Shown piece by piece: positions 41,036-49,530 of a DNA stretch of 51,406 nucleotides (positions within the stretch are counted from its first letter, which is position 1; the number at the start of each line of letters is the position of its first letter). A model generated the notes under the pieces. That model was given only the letters and a program-made list of their open reading frames with translations, did no database searches and was not told the origin of the DNA. The stretch lies in IMG/VR virus record IMGVR_UViG_3300012204_000001; one strand, 5' to 3'. Both the position numbers and the translations under genes were made by a program. This DNA comes from a virus.

Positions 41036-41510
41036 GAATCTAGCGGTTCTCGAGCGTATGAAACCGTTACTGGATCAGATGCTCGCAGCCCAACGTGATC
41101 TGGCGTGGCCGACAGACAACGCGCACATGCTCGGATATAGACTCCGAGAGGCAATGAACATCGCCAAGCGCGGGAAAATAGAGCCGTATCAGAACTTGAA
41201 GGACAAGTTCGTGATTCGTAATAAAGGCGACAAAGTGTACGCTGAGTACAGACACCCCGAAACAATCGCAGCTTTGCGTGAGGTGCTCTCAAAGATGACG
41301 TTGGCTGACATCGAACAGCCGATGGAGATCGTTGGTGCAGCTATCTTACACAAGGCACAGGAGATGTACTTCCCGAGCGTAACGCTGACCGATGAAGACA
41401 AGCTCACGTTGTACCAGTGGACAAGCAAGAACGGGTACTACATGATCGTTGCCGAGGTTGGCGTAACACTTACTCGGGTGAATCCAGGAGATGTCGCGTG
41501 GGAGCCGTAG
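41022..41510 (+). CDS. hypothetical protein (162 aa)
   Basis: GTG start overlapping the previous stop by 14 nt. Globular-looking sequence. Confidence 0.6.
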   Translation: MGYSKNLAVLERMKPLLDQMLAAQRDLAWPTDNAHMLGYRLREAMNIAKRGKIEPYQNLKDKFVIRNKGDKVYAEYRHPETIAALREVLSKMTLADIEQPMEIVGAAILHKAQEMYFPSVTLTDEDKLTLYQWTSKNGYYMIVAEVGVTLTRVNPGDVAWEP

Positions 41511-41872
41511 AGCTGGTGGAGCAGGAAATAGAACAGCCTCGTGTGTTCGTAGCCAACTTTGCAGGCCACGACTATACGAAGGCCAAGAAGTACGGTGAAG
41601 TAGTCTTTGTAACGAAGGGCTTTATCTCGTTTCAGGGACTAGATCGTCTCAAGTTCCAGATCGCTGAGCGTCTGCTGGACTCACGTCCAGAGGATTGGCT
41701 CGCGCTCTCTGGCACGAACATCATCAATGTGCTCGCTGGTATTCTTTGGTATCAGCGTCACGGCGTTGTGAAGATTCTCAACTTTGATAAGACCTCCCAG
41801 ACGTATCGGGAATTGATTGTCACAGTTGACAACAACCAGAAGCTATTTGAAGTTCTGGATGGCTCAAGCTGA
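41498..41872 (+). CDS. hypothetical protein (124 aa from GTG 41498)
   Basis: AGGAG 8 nt upstream of GTG 41498. The track ORF starts at 41417, inside the previous gene. Confidence 0.55.
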   Translation: MGAVELVEQEIEQPRVFVANFAGHDYTKAKKYGEVVFVTKGFISFQGLDRLKFQIAERLLDSRPEDWLALSGTNIINVLAGILWYQRHGVVKILNFDKTSQTYRELIVTVDNNQKLFEVLDGSS

Positions 41873-41875
41873 GGC

Positions 41876-41904
41876 TTGACAAACCGACGTGACTGGGTTA
41901 TCTT
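41876..41904 (+). promoter_or_regulatory. sigma70-type promoter
   Basis: GAGGCTTGACAAAC: TTGACA (41876-41881), 17-nt spacer, TATCTT (41899-41904). ATG 41910 follows 5 nt later. Confidence 0.6.
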
Positions 41905-41909
41905 TAGCA

Positions 41910-42134
41910 ATGCCTTCTCTTGTAAGAAAGCACGTTGACCTATCAGAGGACAACGTCACCTGGTTCTATGACACATACGGTAACTCCAACAATAGGCCAT
42001 CGCTGAGCTGGCTGTTGGATCTCTTACTCCAGAAGTTTCGTGATGCTCACGAGATGACACCAGAAGAACTAGCAATAATGGGCGCAGAGGCAATGAGGAA
42101 GATGATGCAAGAAGGCCCCACGGGGGAAGTCTGA
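41910..42134 (+). CDS. hypothetical protein (74 aa), possibly leaderless
   Basis: ATG 41910 has no SD and lies 5 nt after the -10 box. The track ORF starts at GTG 41889, inside the promoter spacer. Confidence 0.55.
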   Translation: MPSLVRKHVDLSEDNVTWFYDTYGNSNNRPSLSWLLDLLLQKFRDAHEMTPEELAIMGAEAMRKMMQEGPTGEV

Positions 42135-42135
42135 G

Positions 42136-42489
42136 ATGGGATGGGATTCCAGCTTAGACCCAACAACAGCTCCAACGAGTGTACTCATGTCAGCCACAGA
42201 GTATTGGAAAAAGATGACGCCAGAAGAACGGTCGGCTGAAATGAAGCGACGAATGGGAAAGAGATCACGAGGAGTTAAGAAAAGCGCAGCCAAGGTTAAG
42301 GCTGCAAACAAGTCAACCCGTGTAAAGGAGCACAAAGATGATGGCCGCGAGGAAAACTCGAATCACATCGCGTACCTCTTCGGGAAGGTCGAGACCATCA
42401 TCGAGCACTACGCTTCCAGCGCGGGTGTACCTCGGGCCGCTCTTGCCAGTGGGGTGGGCAGGCTACTTCAAGGAAAAGAGGTGTGGTAA
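42136..42489 (+). CDS. hypothetical basic protein (117 aa)
   Basis: The ATG lies 1 nt after the previous stop. Lys/Arg-rich middle region. Confidence 0.55.
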   Translation: MGWDSSLDPTTAPTSVLMSATEYWKKMTPEERSAEMKRRMGKRSRGVKKSAAKVKAANKSTRVKEHKDDGREENSNHIAYLFGKVETIIEHYASSAGVPRAALASGVGRLLQGKEVW

Positions 42490-42622
42490 GTACTGGGGCT
42501 TGACAATCGAGTGCCCTACCTGCGGCTACACTCCGCCGCCCAAGCTTCTCGGAGCACAACGTTGGCGTAACCTCTGTGTTCACGAGGCGAAGCACAACAA
42601 GGTGAGGTTGGCCAGGTGAAGC

Positions 42623-42901
42623 ATGATTCCTATATCGACATTCAAGAAGCTCGTGGATCGTTTCGAGAAAGCGGTCCGCGTCAGAGAATGTGCCCTTGCG
42701 GCAGGTCGGTTGGATCATGCCACCACGTTCGAGTACCGCCAGGCAAAGCGCGAGCTGATAGCGATGGGACAGCTTCTCATCACCGGCGAGAACCCAGATC
42801 GCGCAATGGAGCCAGCAAGCTCCTCCAAGAAATCCTCGCCAAGCCAAAGAATCCTAACTGGGACGGAGTCATTAGGTGAGCCCGTTACAAGAGGCCGTTG
42901 A
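42623..42901 (+). CDS. hypothetical helical protein (92 aa), 3' end uncertain
   Basis: The N-terminal 65 aa are protein-like. The tail is low complexity and overlaps the nuclease gene. Alternative-frame ORF 42616..42879 ends in a GTGA overlap with that gene. Confidence 0.45.
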   Translation: MIPISTFKKLVDRFEKAVRVRECALAAGRLDHATTFEYRQAKRELIAMGQLLITGENPDRAMEPASSSKKSSPSQRILTGTESLGEPVTRGR

Positions 42902-43880
42902 GCTGACACACATCAGGCCTGTCCCGAAGCAGACCTTCATGAAGCGCTTCAAGCGGTATGAGCCTACCGTCTTGGATCACTCCTCTATCATCCTCGCGAA
43001 GGAATGTCTCCGCAAGTACTTCTATCGTGTCGTCCTCGGATTTGCTCCGCCGGTCGTTCCTCAGTATCTCGGCTTCGGCTCTGCTTATCACAAGTTCAGA
43101 GAGATTCTTGAGAAGGAGTTCATGAAGGGAACGGACGATCAGCAAAAGACCGAGGACTTCCAGATGACCTGTTTCCAGACAGCAATGGGAGCAGCGCTGA
43201 AACTCTGGACTGATAGGAAGATGAAAGATCCTATTGTCGGAGACAAGTGGGACTTCATGACGAAGACGCGACTGGCTCTGACATGTGGTACAGCGTTCAA
43301 GCATTGGCAAAGGGAAAAGCAGCAGGGTAGGATCGAAGTCATCGCAACAGAACAGAACATCGTCGTGCCACTCCCTGACGGTGAGCATGTCGGCGGCAAA
43401 GCTGACGAAATCGTTAGATGGAACGGAAAAGTCTGGGGACGCGACTTCAAAACGTCCTCGCAAGAACAGAACGAGTATTTCAAGCGGACGCTCGATCCAA
43501 ACGATCAATTCACTGGCTACTCATTCATGGAGCAGGAACTCTGTGGTGAGCCAGTCCAGGGTCAGCTAGTGCAGGTGATGTATAACGCGAAGGGTACGAA
43601 GAAAGAGCCGCAGCGTGGGCCAGAGATTTTTCCGTACATGGCTACGCGAAGCTCGTGGCAGATCGAGAAGTGGGTCGAAGAGCGAATGCACTTCAATCTA
43701 ATCCTCCAACTCTCTCGTGAACGCGATGTCTGGCCGCAGGAAGAGAAGAACTGTCGCTACTGCGCGTATCACAGTGTTTGTAAGGGCGCGACGGAGAACG
43801 CCCAGGCTGCGAAGTTGGAGGCGGAAATGGTTGTCTCGCCTTGGAACTTTCTGGAAAGGGATGCTGACACTGATGGCTGA
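42876..43880 (+). CDS. PD-(D/E)xK exonuclease, Cas4/RecB-like
   Basis: 334 aa. GGKADEIV ... GRDFKTS (D, DxK), QFTGYSF (QxxxY), one N-terminal Cys plus C-terminal CRYCAYHSVC, as in Cas4-type 4-Cys nucleases. Confidence 0.8.
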   Translation: MSPLQEAVELTHIRPVPKQTFMKRFKRYEPTVLDHSSIILAKECLRKYFYRVVLGFAPPVVPQYLGFGSAYHKFREILEKEFMKGTDDQQKTEDFQMTCFQTAMGAALKLWTDRKMKDPIVGDKWDFMTKTRLALTCGTAFKHWQREKQQGRIEVIATEQNIVVPLPDGEHVGGKADEIVRWNGKVWGRDFKTSSQEQNEYFKRTLDPNDQFTGYSFMEQELCGEPVQGQLVQVMYNAKGTKKEPQRGPEIFPYMATRSSWQIEKWVEERMHFNLILQLSRERDVWPQEEKNCRYCAYHSVCKGATENAQAAKLEAEMVVSPWNFLERDADTDG

Positions 43881-44085
43881 ACATAAACCAGTGCCGGGCG
43901 AAGACTACTTCCGAGGAGAAGAGGAAGAGTATTCGCCGCAAAGTACCACGTTCAAGATCGAAGAAGTTGGTGAACGATTCGAGGATGGTGGATGGGAAGT
44001 CCTCACCAGCGACGGCATCTGGGGTGTCGTATACTGGAGTGAAAGGCATAAGCTTTGGGTAACCGTACTAGAGAGGAGTCTTTGA
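43873..44085 (+). CDS. hypothetical protein (70 aa)
   Basis: ATG 43873 overlaps the nuclease stop by 8 nt. Taken from the frame of track ORF 43717..44085. Confidence 0.5.
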   Translation: MAEHKPVPGEDYFRGEEEEYSPQSTTFKIEEVGERFEDGGWEVLTSDGIWGVVYWSERHKLWVTVLERSL

Positions 44086-44399
44086 TGAAGCCTCGCAGTG
44101 TCATCATGGTAGCCTTCGCAACAGGCTCCATTACGATTCAATCAGCGAAGTCACCTGATGAACTTCGTGCACAGATGAACGAGCGCGATTTCGATGACAA
44201 CGAAAACGCCATCGAGATCCGAATTAACTCCATCAGCGAAACGGAGGTGAAGTCGAATCCACGGGACACCGATCCAGCCTACATCCTCAAGAACGAGGAG
44301 ATTCATTTTCGCAAGAAGGATGTAGTGTTCTGGAGTATCAGTGAGGCATTTGATCCACCACGAGTCAAGGCAGCAGGAGGAGGGCTGGTGAAAATATGA
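44085..44399 (+). CDS. hypothetical protein (104 aa)
   Basis: TGATG overlap. GAGAGGAG upstream of ATG 44085. Confidence 0.6.
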   Translation: MKPRSVIMVAFATGSITIQSAKSPDELRAQMNERDFDDNENAIEIRINSISETEVKSNPRDTDPAYILKNEEIHFRKKDVVFWSISEAFDPPRVKAAGGGLVKI

Positions 44400-44578
44400 G
44401 TCATCACTTGAAGCCACCACTACACCAATGGTTCTGGACACCGTGGCCGAAGGTAGGCAACTACCATATCGTTGTCGGCGTATACGGTTCAAGCAATGAT
44501 GCTGAAAGAGTATCAAACGATCTAAACAGACTCGGCAGCGTGGAGGTCCCAGATGACGACAGTGATGGGTCCAGGTGA
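44396..44578 (+). CDS. hypothetical protein (60 aa)
   Basis: ATGA overlap upstream. Trp/Pro-rich N-terminus. Confidence 0.45.
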   Translation: MSHHLKPPLHQWFWTPWPKVGNYHIVVGVYGSSNDAERVSNDLNRLGSVEVPDDDSDGSR

Positions 44579-45497
44579 TCTGAAGAAGGCGCAGGATGCC
44601 GCTGGTTATGATCCTCTCAAGGACCCAGCTGCACCTGTAGTCTTCCAAACCTTGGACGAAATGAAGCCACATGAAAGCGTGACTCTGTTGCTCTACGGTG
44701 GCTCGGCAACAGGTAAGACATGGTTCGTAGCCACGGCAGGACCGCGAACGCTCATCATCAACATTGGTGATGGGCTGGCAACGATTCAGTCGCAGGTCGT
44801 CAAGAAGAAGTTCTATCAAGACGGTATGCCAATCGTCGCCACGATTCACGAGGAGCGTGACCCAACGACTGGTATGTTCCTCACAGCCACTGCGCTTGAC
44901 CAGGTGATGCGGGCCATTGACTGGGCAATGGACAAGTTTCCAGATCGCTTTGACACCATCGCAGTGGACGACGCAACGCAGCTTCGATCTTTCGCAATGA
45001 ACAAAGGGCTGGAGCTGAATCAAGACTTCGACCGATCCAAGACTCTGGAGAAGGCGAGGAAGGAAAAGAACTTCGGAGCGTTCGTTCCTGCGATTCAGGA
45101 TTACGGTGCCGAGATGGACCTGATTGAATTGTTCATCGCGGAAACGATGACGCTTTGCAAGAAAGAAAAGAAACACTTTATCCTCACGGCTCACGAACGT
45201 CATACATACAAGCCTATGAAGGATATGAGTGGAAAGAAGATCGGGGAGGAACTTGACAAGATCCGTCCTGGGTTCACTGGTAAGACGTTCCCAGATGACA
45301 TCACCAACTACTTCGATCTGGTTTGGCGCATGGAAGCTTTGCAGACAGGTCAGGGTCCGGTTCACCGTGCGCAGACAGCAGACTCGAAGGGTATCAAGGC
45401 GAAGTCGCGGTATCCCGGTGTGTTCTCAGCGCTGGAGACTTATCCTAACTTTCTCTCCATCGTGGAACGCATCAAGAAGTCTCACGTCGCAGCATAG
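44553..45497 (+). CDS. AAA_24 family ATPase (Sak4-like recombination protein)
   Basis: 314 aa. Walker A LLLYGGSATGKTWF, Walker B IAVDDATQL. Size and neighbours are typical of phage AAA_24/Sak4. Confidence 0.75.
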   Translation: MTTVMGPGDLKKAQDAAGYDPLKDPAAPVVFQTLDEMKPHESVTLLLYGGSATGKTWFVATAGPRTLIINIGDGLATIQSQVVKKKFYQDGMPIVATIHEERDPTTGMFLTATALDQVMRAIDWAMDKFPDRFDTIAVDDATQLRSFAMNKGLELNQDFDRSKTLEKARKEKNFGAFVPAIQDYGAEMDLIELFIAETMTLCKKEKKHFILTAHERHTYKPMKDMSGKKIGEELDKIRPGFTGKTFPDDITNYFDLVWRMEALQTGQGPVHRAQTADSKGIKAKSRYPGVFSALETYPNFLSIVERIKKSHVAA

Positions 45498-45509
45498 GAG
45501 GTTCGAAGT

Positions 45510-46022
45510 ATGGGACGCTATACGCATGATCCGACATCAGTTGTTGCTGCAATCCCCATCTTCCCCAAAGACGACTACGAGTTGAAGATCGGGAAGCCCA
45601 AGCCGTTCGAGAGAACTGCTCGGAAGGGCCATCAGTCGTATGGCATTCGCTTCCCGATGACCGCAGTTGGCGGGATGATGGATGGGAAGAGGACCGTGTT
45701 CACCATCTACTTGCACTCGGAAGGTGCGCAGCAGATGGCGAAGCGCTTTCAGATGGCCGTGTACGGTCTGAAAGTCAACGAGAGGAACGAGAAAGAGTTC
45801 GACCAGTGGGCTCACGACAAGGACTGGACCTACGATCCCGAGAGTGGTGAACTCGGTGAGGCCTGGGCCGAATACGAGGGCAAGCACGTCATGGTTGATC
45901 TCGACATCGACCTCGCTCGTGACGAAGTGGGCCAGCCTCTGAAGGACGCCGAGGGCAACGAGACTCAGCAGCAGACGTGGGGAACGTGGAGGCCTGTCGC
46001 AGCAGTCGAAGCGGCAGTCTGA
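45510..46022 (+). CDS. putative ssDNA-binding protein (DUF669-like by position)
   Basis: Strong AGGAGG RBS. 170 aa with an acidic C-terminal part. Follows AAA_24, as DUF669 proteins usually do. Weak assignment. Confidence 0.5.
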   Translation: MGRYTHDPTSVVAAIPIFPKDDYELKIGKPKPFERTARKGHQSYGIRFPMTAVGGMMDGKRTVFTIYLHSEGAQQMAKRFQMAVYGLKVNERNEKEFDQWAHDKDWTYDPESGELGEAWAEYEGKHVMVDLDIDLARDEVGQPLKDAEGNETQQQTWGTWRPVAAVEAAV

Positions 46023-46030
46023 AGAACGGG

Positions 46031-46555
46031 ATGGGTGCAATGGAAGTCAAGGTTATAGACCAGATTGCACCCATACCCACTGTTGAGTTGTGGCGTCGGA
46101 GGATGGTGCGCTGGCGCAAAATGTATCCTGATCCGTCACGGATTCGGGGAAAGTATGAGCCTGCACAAATACGTGCAACTCCGCTCAAATGTGCTAAGTG
46201 CGGAGGTGATGGAAACGTTACACGTCACCACAAGGGGCATGAGTATTTTTTCGCTTGCATCATGGAGGAATGGTATGCCGCAAGGTATATTCGGTTCCTC
46301 AAAGAAGATGTCGTGCCACTATGCCATGATAAGTGTCACATCAAGATACACACCATCTACCAGCCCATCATCGAAGAAGCTCGTGCGTATATCCGAGCTT
46401 GCATTGAACGTGTCGAGTACGATGCTGACGGCATTTCGATTTTCCGCTGGAAACACAAGCCTGATTTTCGTGTCCTAGAATCGTTTAGAAAGCGACTGAT
46501 CTCCAAGTGTAACTCCTGGCTAGCGCGGAAACGGAAGCGCCGCAAACGTTTTTAG
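46031..46555 (+). CDS. HNH endonuclease-like protein (174 aa from ATG 46031)
   Basis: CAKCGGDGNVTRHHKGHEY ... VVPLCHDKCHIKIH matches the CxxC ... HH ... CxxxCHxxxH HNH pattern. Basic C-terminal tail. Confidence 0.6.
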   Translation: MGAMEVKVIDQIAPIPTVELWRRRMVRWRKMYPDPSRIRGKYEPAQIRATPLKCAKCGGDGNVTRHHKGHEYFFACIMEEWYAARYIRFLKEDVVPLCHDKCHIKIHTIYQPIIEEARAYIRACIERVEYDADGISIFRWKHKPDFRVLESFRKRLISKCNSWLARKRKRRKRF

Positions 46556-46563
46556 CTGCTAAA
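46551..46563. promoter_or_regulatory. 13-bp dyad TTTAGC-T-GCTAAA, site 3
   Basis: Perfect inverted repeat spanning the HNH stop codon, 7 nt upstream of ATG 46570. Confidence 0.45.
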
Positions 46564-46569
46564 GACGAG

Positions 46570-46770
46570 ATGACAGTCATCAAATGTCCGGACGACGCAA
46601 GTTACTTCTGCATCTTAGAATACGATGGCCGAAGGTGGATCATGCCTCAGCCGCATCGCATCTACCACCGTACATCTCTGCTTAATCACGAGTTCGTGAG
46701 GTTCGTTCTTGACAAACATTTTCCGTGGCTAGGAACTAAAGAAAAGCATTACCCCTGGATCGGAGTGTGA
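46570..46770 (+). CDS. hypothetical protein (66 aa)
   Basis: ORF following dyad site 3. No family recognised. Confidence 0.5.
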   Translation: MTVIKCPDDASYFCILEYDGRRWIMPQPHRIYHRTSLLNHEFVRFVLDKHFPWLGTKEKHYPWIGV

Positions 46771-46776
46771 AATCCC

Positions 46777-47241
46777 ATGCTTCAAATGATTGGCACGAAA
46801 CTCGCAGTCATCCCGCTCTTCGATCCCGATAAGACGCCGAGCGGATTGCTCTACATCCCAGAAGTAGCCAAAGAGCGATGTGATCAAGGCATCGTAAAGT
46901 ACGTCGGCCCTGATTGCAAGCTGGTAAAGCCTGGAGATTACGTCATGTTCTCGGGCTATACTGGCACAGCACTCAAGTTCGAGGAAGAAGGAACCTTGAT
47001 CTTATTCCACGAAGAGTTCGTCGTGGCGAAGATCGAAGGGCAAGTGATCGACGAGACTGAGGTACCTGGACTCTTCTTCGAAGGTGTACGCAAGCGCGGC
47101 CATCGTACATTCTTCCCTGCAACAGTCGAGTTCGCGCTCACTCTGATTGCCAAAGCGCTGGAAGAGGCGCCGTGGCGTCGAGACCTGAAGAGCACGGAGA
47201 TGCTGGATCACAGGCCAAAGGAGGCCGCTTCGAGGAGGTAG
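46777..47241 (+). CDS. GroES/Cpn10-like co-chaperonin with C-terminal extension
   Basis: IGTKLAVIPLFDPDKTPSGLLYIPEVAKERCDQGIVKYVGPDCKLVKPGDYVMFSGYTG...LILFHEEFVVAKIEG follows the GroES pattern along its length. About 60 extra C-terminal residues. Confidence 0.7.
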   Translation: MLQMIGTKLAVIPLFDPDKTPSGLLYIPEVAKERCDQGIVKYVGPDCKLVKPGDYVMFSGYTGTALKFEEEGTLILFHEEFVVAKIEGQVIDETEVPGLFFEGVRKRGHRTFFPATVEFALTLIAKALEEAPWRRDLKSTEMLDHRPKEAASRR

Positions 47242-47243
47242 TG

Positions 47244-47471
47244 ATGGAACTGAACGACCGTGAGCAGAGAATCATCAAGTCATTCACCTACAACAAGTCA
47301 GGACCGGAGGACTACGATAAGTACGTGATCGTGGGAGCGAAGCTCGAAGAGGCCGCGCTCACTATCATCGAGAACGCACCAGACTGCGCCGACAGAACGA
47401 CAGCACTCCGCTGCCTGCGTGAGGCGCGCATGTGGGCAAACGCAGCAATCAACCTGAAGGCACTCATCTGA
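47244..47471 (+). CDS. hypothetical protein (75 aa)
   Basis: GAGGAGG RBS. The C-terminal helix RTTALRCLREARMWANAAI is a pattern common in small phage proteins of unknown function. Confidence 0.6.
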   Translation: MELNDREQRIIKSFTYNKSGPEDYDKYVIVGAKLEEAALTIIENAPDCADRTTALRCLREARMWANAAINLKALI

Positions 47472-47857
47472 TGGGATCAACATTCCAGGGGAAGCACAGA
47501 CACATCGCGGTCGCAGAAGTAGTGGTAGAAGCGCTGAAGGTTTTCGACAAGGTCGAGGGCCATCCTTCTCGTGGCTGGAAGGACATGCCCATCGGCGAGA
47601 AGCTGGAAGCCGAGGTCGAGATCAAGGACATCGAGGAGAAGCTGCCAGAGGTCGAGACTCCGAAAACTCTCCGCGATGCTGTGAAGCTAGGCCTCATCTA
47701 CACCCTTCTTCATGATCGCCCCACACTGGAGTCCTCGCTGCCAGCAAGCGATGCTGGAGGCGATACTCAATCGTCTCAACCGAACGTGATCGACGTGCAG
47801 TCTGAAGCTGAGGCCATTGAAGCTGGAACCGAACCCAAGGGAACGACAATCAAGTGA
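47471..47857 (+). CDS. hypothetical acidic protein (128 aa)
   Basis: TGATG overlap upstream and GTGA overlap downstream. Confidence 0.55.
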   Translation: MGSTFQGKHRHIAVAEVVVEALKVFDKVEGHPSRGWKDMPIGEKLEAEVEIKDIEEKLPEVETPKTLRDAVKLGLIYTLLHDRPTLESSLPASDAGGDTQSSQPNVIDVQSEAEAIEAGTEPKGTTIK

Positions 47858-49167
47858 ACACAGTACATTTCAGTAAGGTCGAGATTCGCGAGCGGCTTCG
47901 TGAAGACATTGGCGAGGAAGAACTCGAATGGCTCATGAAGTCACTCGTGGCTCTCGGTCAGCTGCAGCCCATCGTCCTTCAGCAAGAGGATGGAAAGTAT
48001 ATCCTTCGCGCTGGTGAAAGAAGGCTCCGTGCAGTCGAGAGACTTGCTAAGGAGAATCTTGCTCCGAAAGGGCATGAAGTCGGGCATCTCTCCTTCTCGA
48101 TCATTGGGCATCTCCCGCAGCACGTCCAGCTCATGGTCGAATTTGATGAAAACGAAAAACGCAAAGACTTCACATACGTCGAAAAGGCACGCTTCATCCG
48201 CAAGTTCCACGAAGAAATGGAGAGACAGTCAATTGCTGCAGGTGGAAAGTGGACTGCAGAACTTACGGCTGCATCTCTTCGTCTCTCACCAGCGTCTATC
48301 TCTCATTACCTCCGAATTGAAGAAGCTATTAAAACAGACCCTGGAGTTGCAAAAGCAACTACGCTCTCTTCGGCTGTTAAAAGGATGAAGGTAGCAGAGA
48401 AGCTTCGCGCACGCCATGTGGAGGTAAGAGACAATGCAGCAGAAGCGTATAGTCGAGCTGCTGATATTGCCAAGATGGGTGACGCCCTCGACCTTATCAG
48501 AGCCATTCCATCCAACTCTGTTGACCTCGTTAACTTTGACCCTCCCTGGGGAGATGACACAGGTCATAAGAGTAACGACAACTGGGAAGGCTTCGACGAT
48601 GATACTGAAAGTTCTGACCGCATTATTAACGGTCTGCTTCCAGAGTTATGTCGCGTGCTACGAGATGATAGATTTCTCATCTTCTGGTATCGAGCCTGGG
48701 CGTATGGAGACATGGTTGGGAGACTCTCAGCCGCCGGCTTCTCATTGAAGTTTGGGCGTACACCATGTATCTGGTTCAAACCTGATAAGGTGTCAGACCA
48801 GAACAGATTCCCGGAGAAGCAGCTGATTGACGCATACGAGACATTCATGATCGTGCGGAAAGGTGATCCAGTTCTGCACGAGCAAGGACGACCCAATGTC
48901 TTCTGTTACAACCGCGTACCCGTGGCTGCGCTTATCCATCCCACTGAGAAGCCCATTGATCTTTGCGAGGCTCTCATCAAGCTGCTTACAGTCCCAGGTG
49001 AGCTGGTTCTTGATCCAACAGCTGGCTCGATGGCAATACTCCATGCCGCCCTACGTCAGAATAGGCGAGCCCTTGGATTCGAGCTTAATGAAACGAGTCA
49101 TCAGCGAGGACTTACTCGTCTGGGCGAGTACCTTAAGACACTTCACCAAGTAGAGATACTGAAATGA
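47854..49167 (+). CDS. ParB-like nuclease domain fused to DNA methyltransferase (N6A/N4C, beta class)
   Basis: ParB N-domain LGQLQPIVL...ILRAGERRLRAVERL. Methylase motif IV NFDPPWG, then HPTEKP and motif I LDPTAGSMA. Confidence 0.85.
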   Translation: MNTVHFSKVEIRERLREDIGEEELEWLMKSLVALGQLQPIVLQQEDGKYILRAGERRLRAVERLAKENLAPKGHEVGHLSFSIIGHLPQHVQLMVEFDENEKRKDFTYVEKARFIRKFHEEMERQSIAAGGKWTAELTAASLRLSPASISHYLRIEEAIKTDPGVAKATTLSSAVKRMKVAEKLRARHVEVRDNAAEAYSRAADIAKMGDALDLIRAIPSNSVDLVNFDPPWGDDTGHKSNDNWEGFDDDTESSDRIINGLLPELCRVLRDDRFLIFWYRAWAYGDMVGRLSAAGFSLKFGRTPCIWFKPDKVSDQNRFPEKQLIDAYETFMIVRKGDPVLHEQGRPNVFCYNRVPVAALIHPTEKPIDLCEALIKLLTVPGELVLDPTAGSMAILHAALRQNRRALGFELNETSHQRGLTRLGEYLKTLHQVEILK

Positions 49168-49343
49168 CTCCCAACGAACAGCGTGAGTGGGCTGCTAGTA
49201 AATTGAAGGGCGAAATTCCTCCATCGAGAATCGAGTTTGCATTAGTTCTCGCAGAACTGACAAACATCAAGCCAGATGATACACTGAAAATCGTAACCGA
49301 CATTCGTGAGCGCGTACAAGAAGCATTCAGAGCATTGAAGTGA
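49164..49343 (+). CDS. 59-aa protein
   Basis: Found by hand: MTPNEQREWAASKLKGEIPPSRIEFALVLAELTNIKPDDTLKIVTDIRERVQEAFRALK. ATGA overlap upstream. Confidence 0.5.
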   Translation: MTPNEQREWAASKLKGEIPPSRIEFALVLAELTNIKPDDTLKIVTDIRERVQEAFRALK

Positions 49344-49344
49344 T

Positions 49345-49530
49345 ATGGCTAAGCTGAGCATAGAGCTTAACGGCTTCGCATTTGATGTCAGGAATCCTGA
49401 TGAAGCCGTTGTAATAATTTCCGAACCAACGATGGGACGCGAGTTAGGTAGCAGTATCTCGGTTCCACTGAAGGTGCTTCGTCAAGCAATGGATCAAATC
49501 AATAAAGGTTGGAAAGGTTCTCGCAAGTGA
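49345..49530 (+). CDS. hypothetical protein (61 aa)
   Basis: The ATG lies 1 nt after the previous stop. GTGA overlap with the polymerase start. Confidence 0.5.
   Translation: MAKLSIELNGFAFDVRNPDEAVVIISEPTMGRELGSSISVPLKVLRQAMDQINKGWKGSRK

Noticed and set aside
42885-43508. 207-aa minus-strand ORF
   Set aside because: It is antisense to the Cas4-like nuclease gene, which has clear catalytic motifs.
45254-45285. TTGACA inside the AAA_24 gene
   Set aside because: No acceptable -10 hexamer lies at 16-18 nt, and it lacks the conserved GGC prefix and AAC suffix of the promoter family.
44151-45365. 404-aa minus-strand ORF
   Set aside because: It is antisense to the AAA_24 ATPase and neighbouring genes, which have Walker motifs and coupled starts. 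It is Cys/Arg/Leu-rich and is a shadow ORF.
46709-46740. TTGACAAAC box inside ORF 46570..46770 as a sixth promoter
   Set aside because: At a 17-nt spacing the -10 position reads GGAACT, and no TGTTATATT block is present. It is probably a chance -35 match inside coding sequence.
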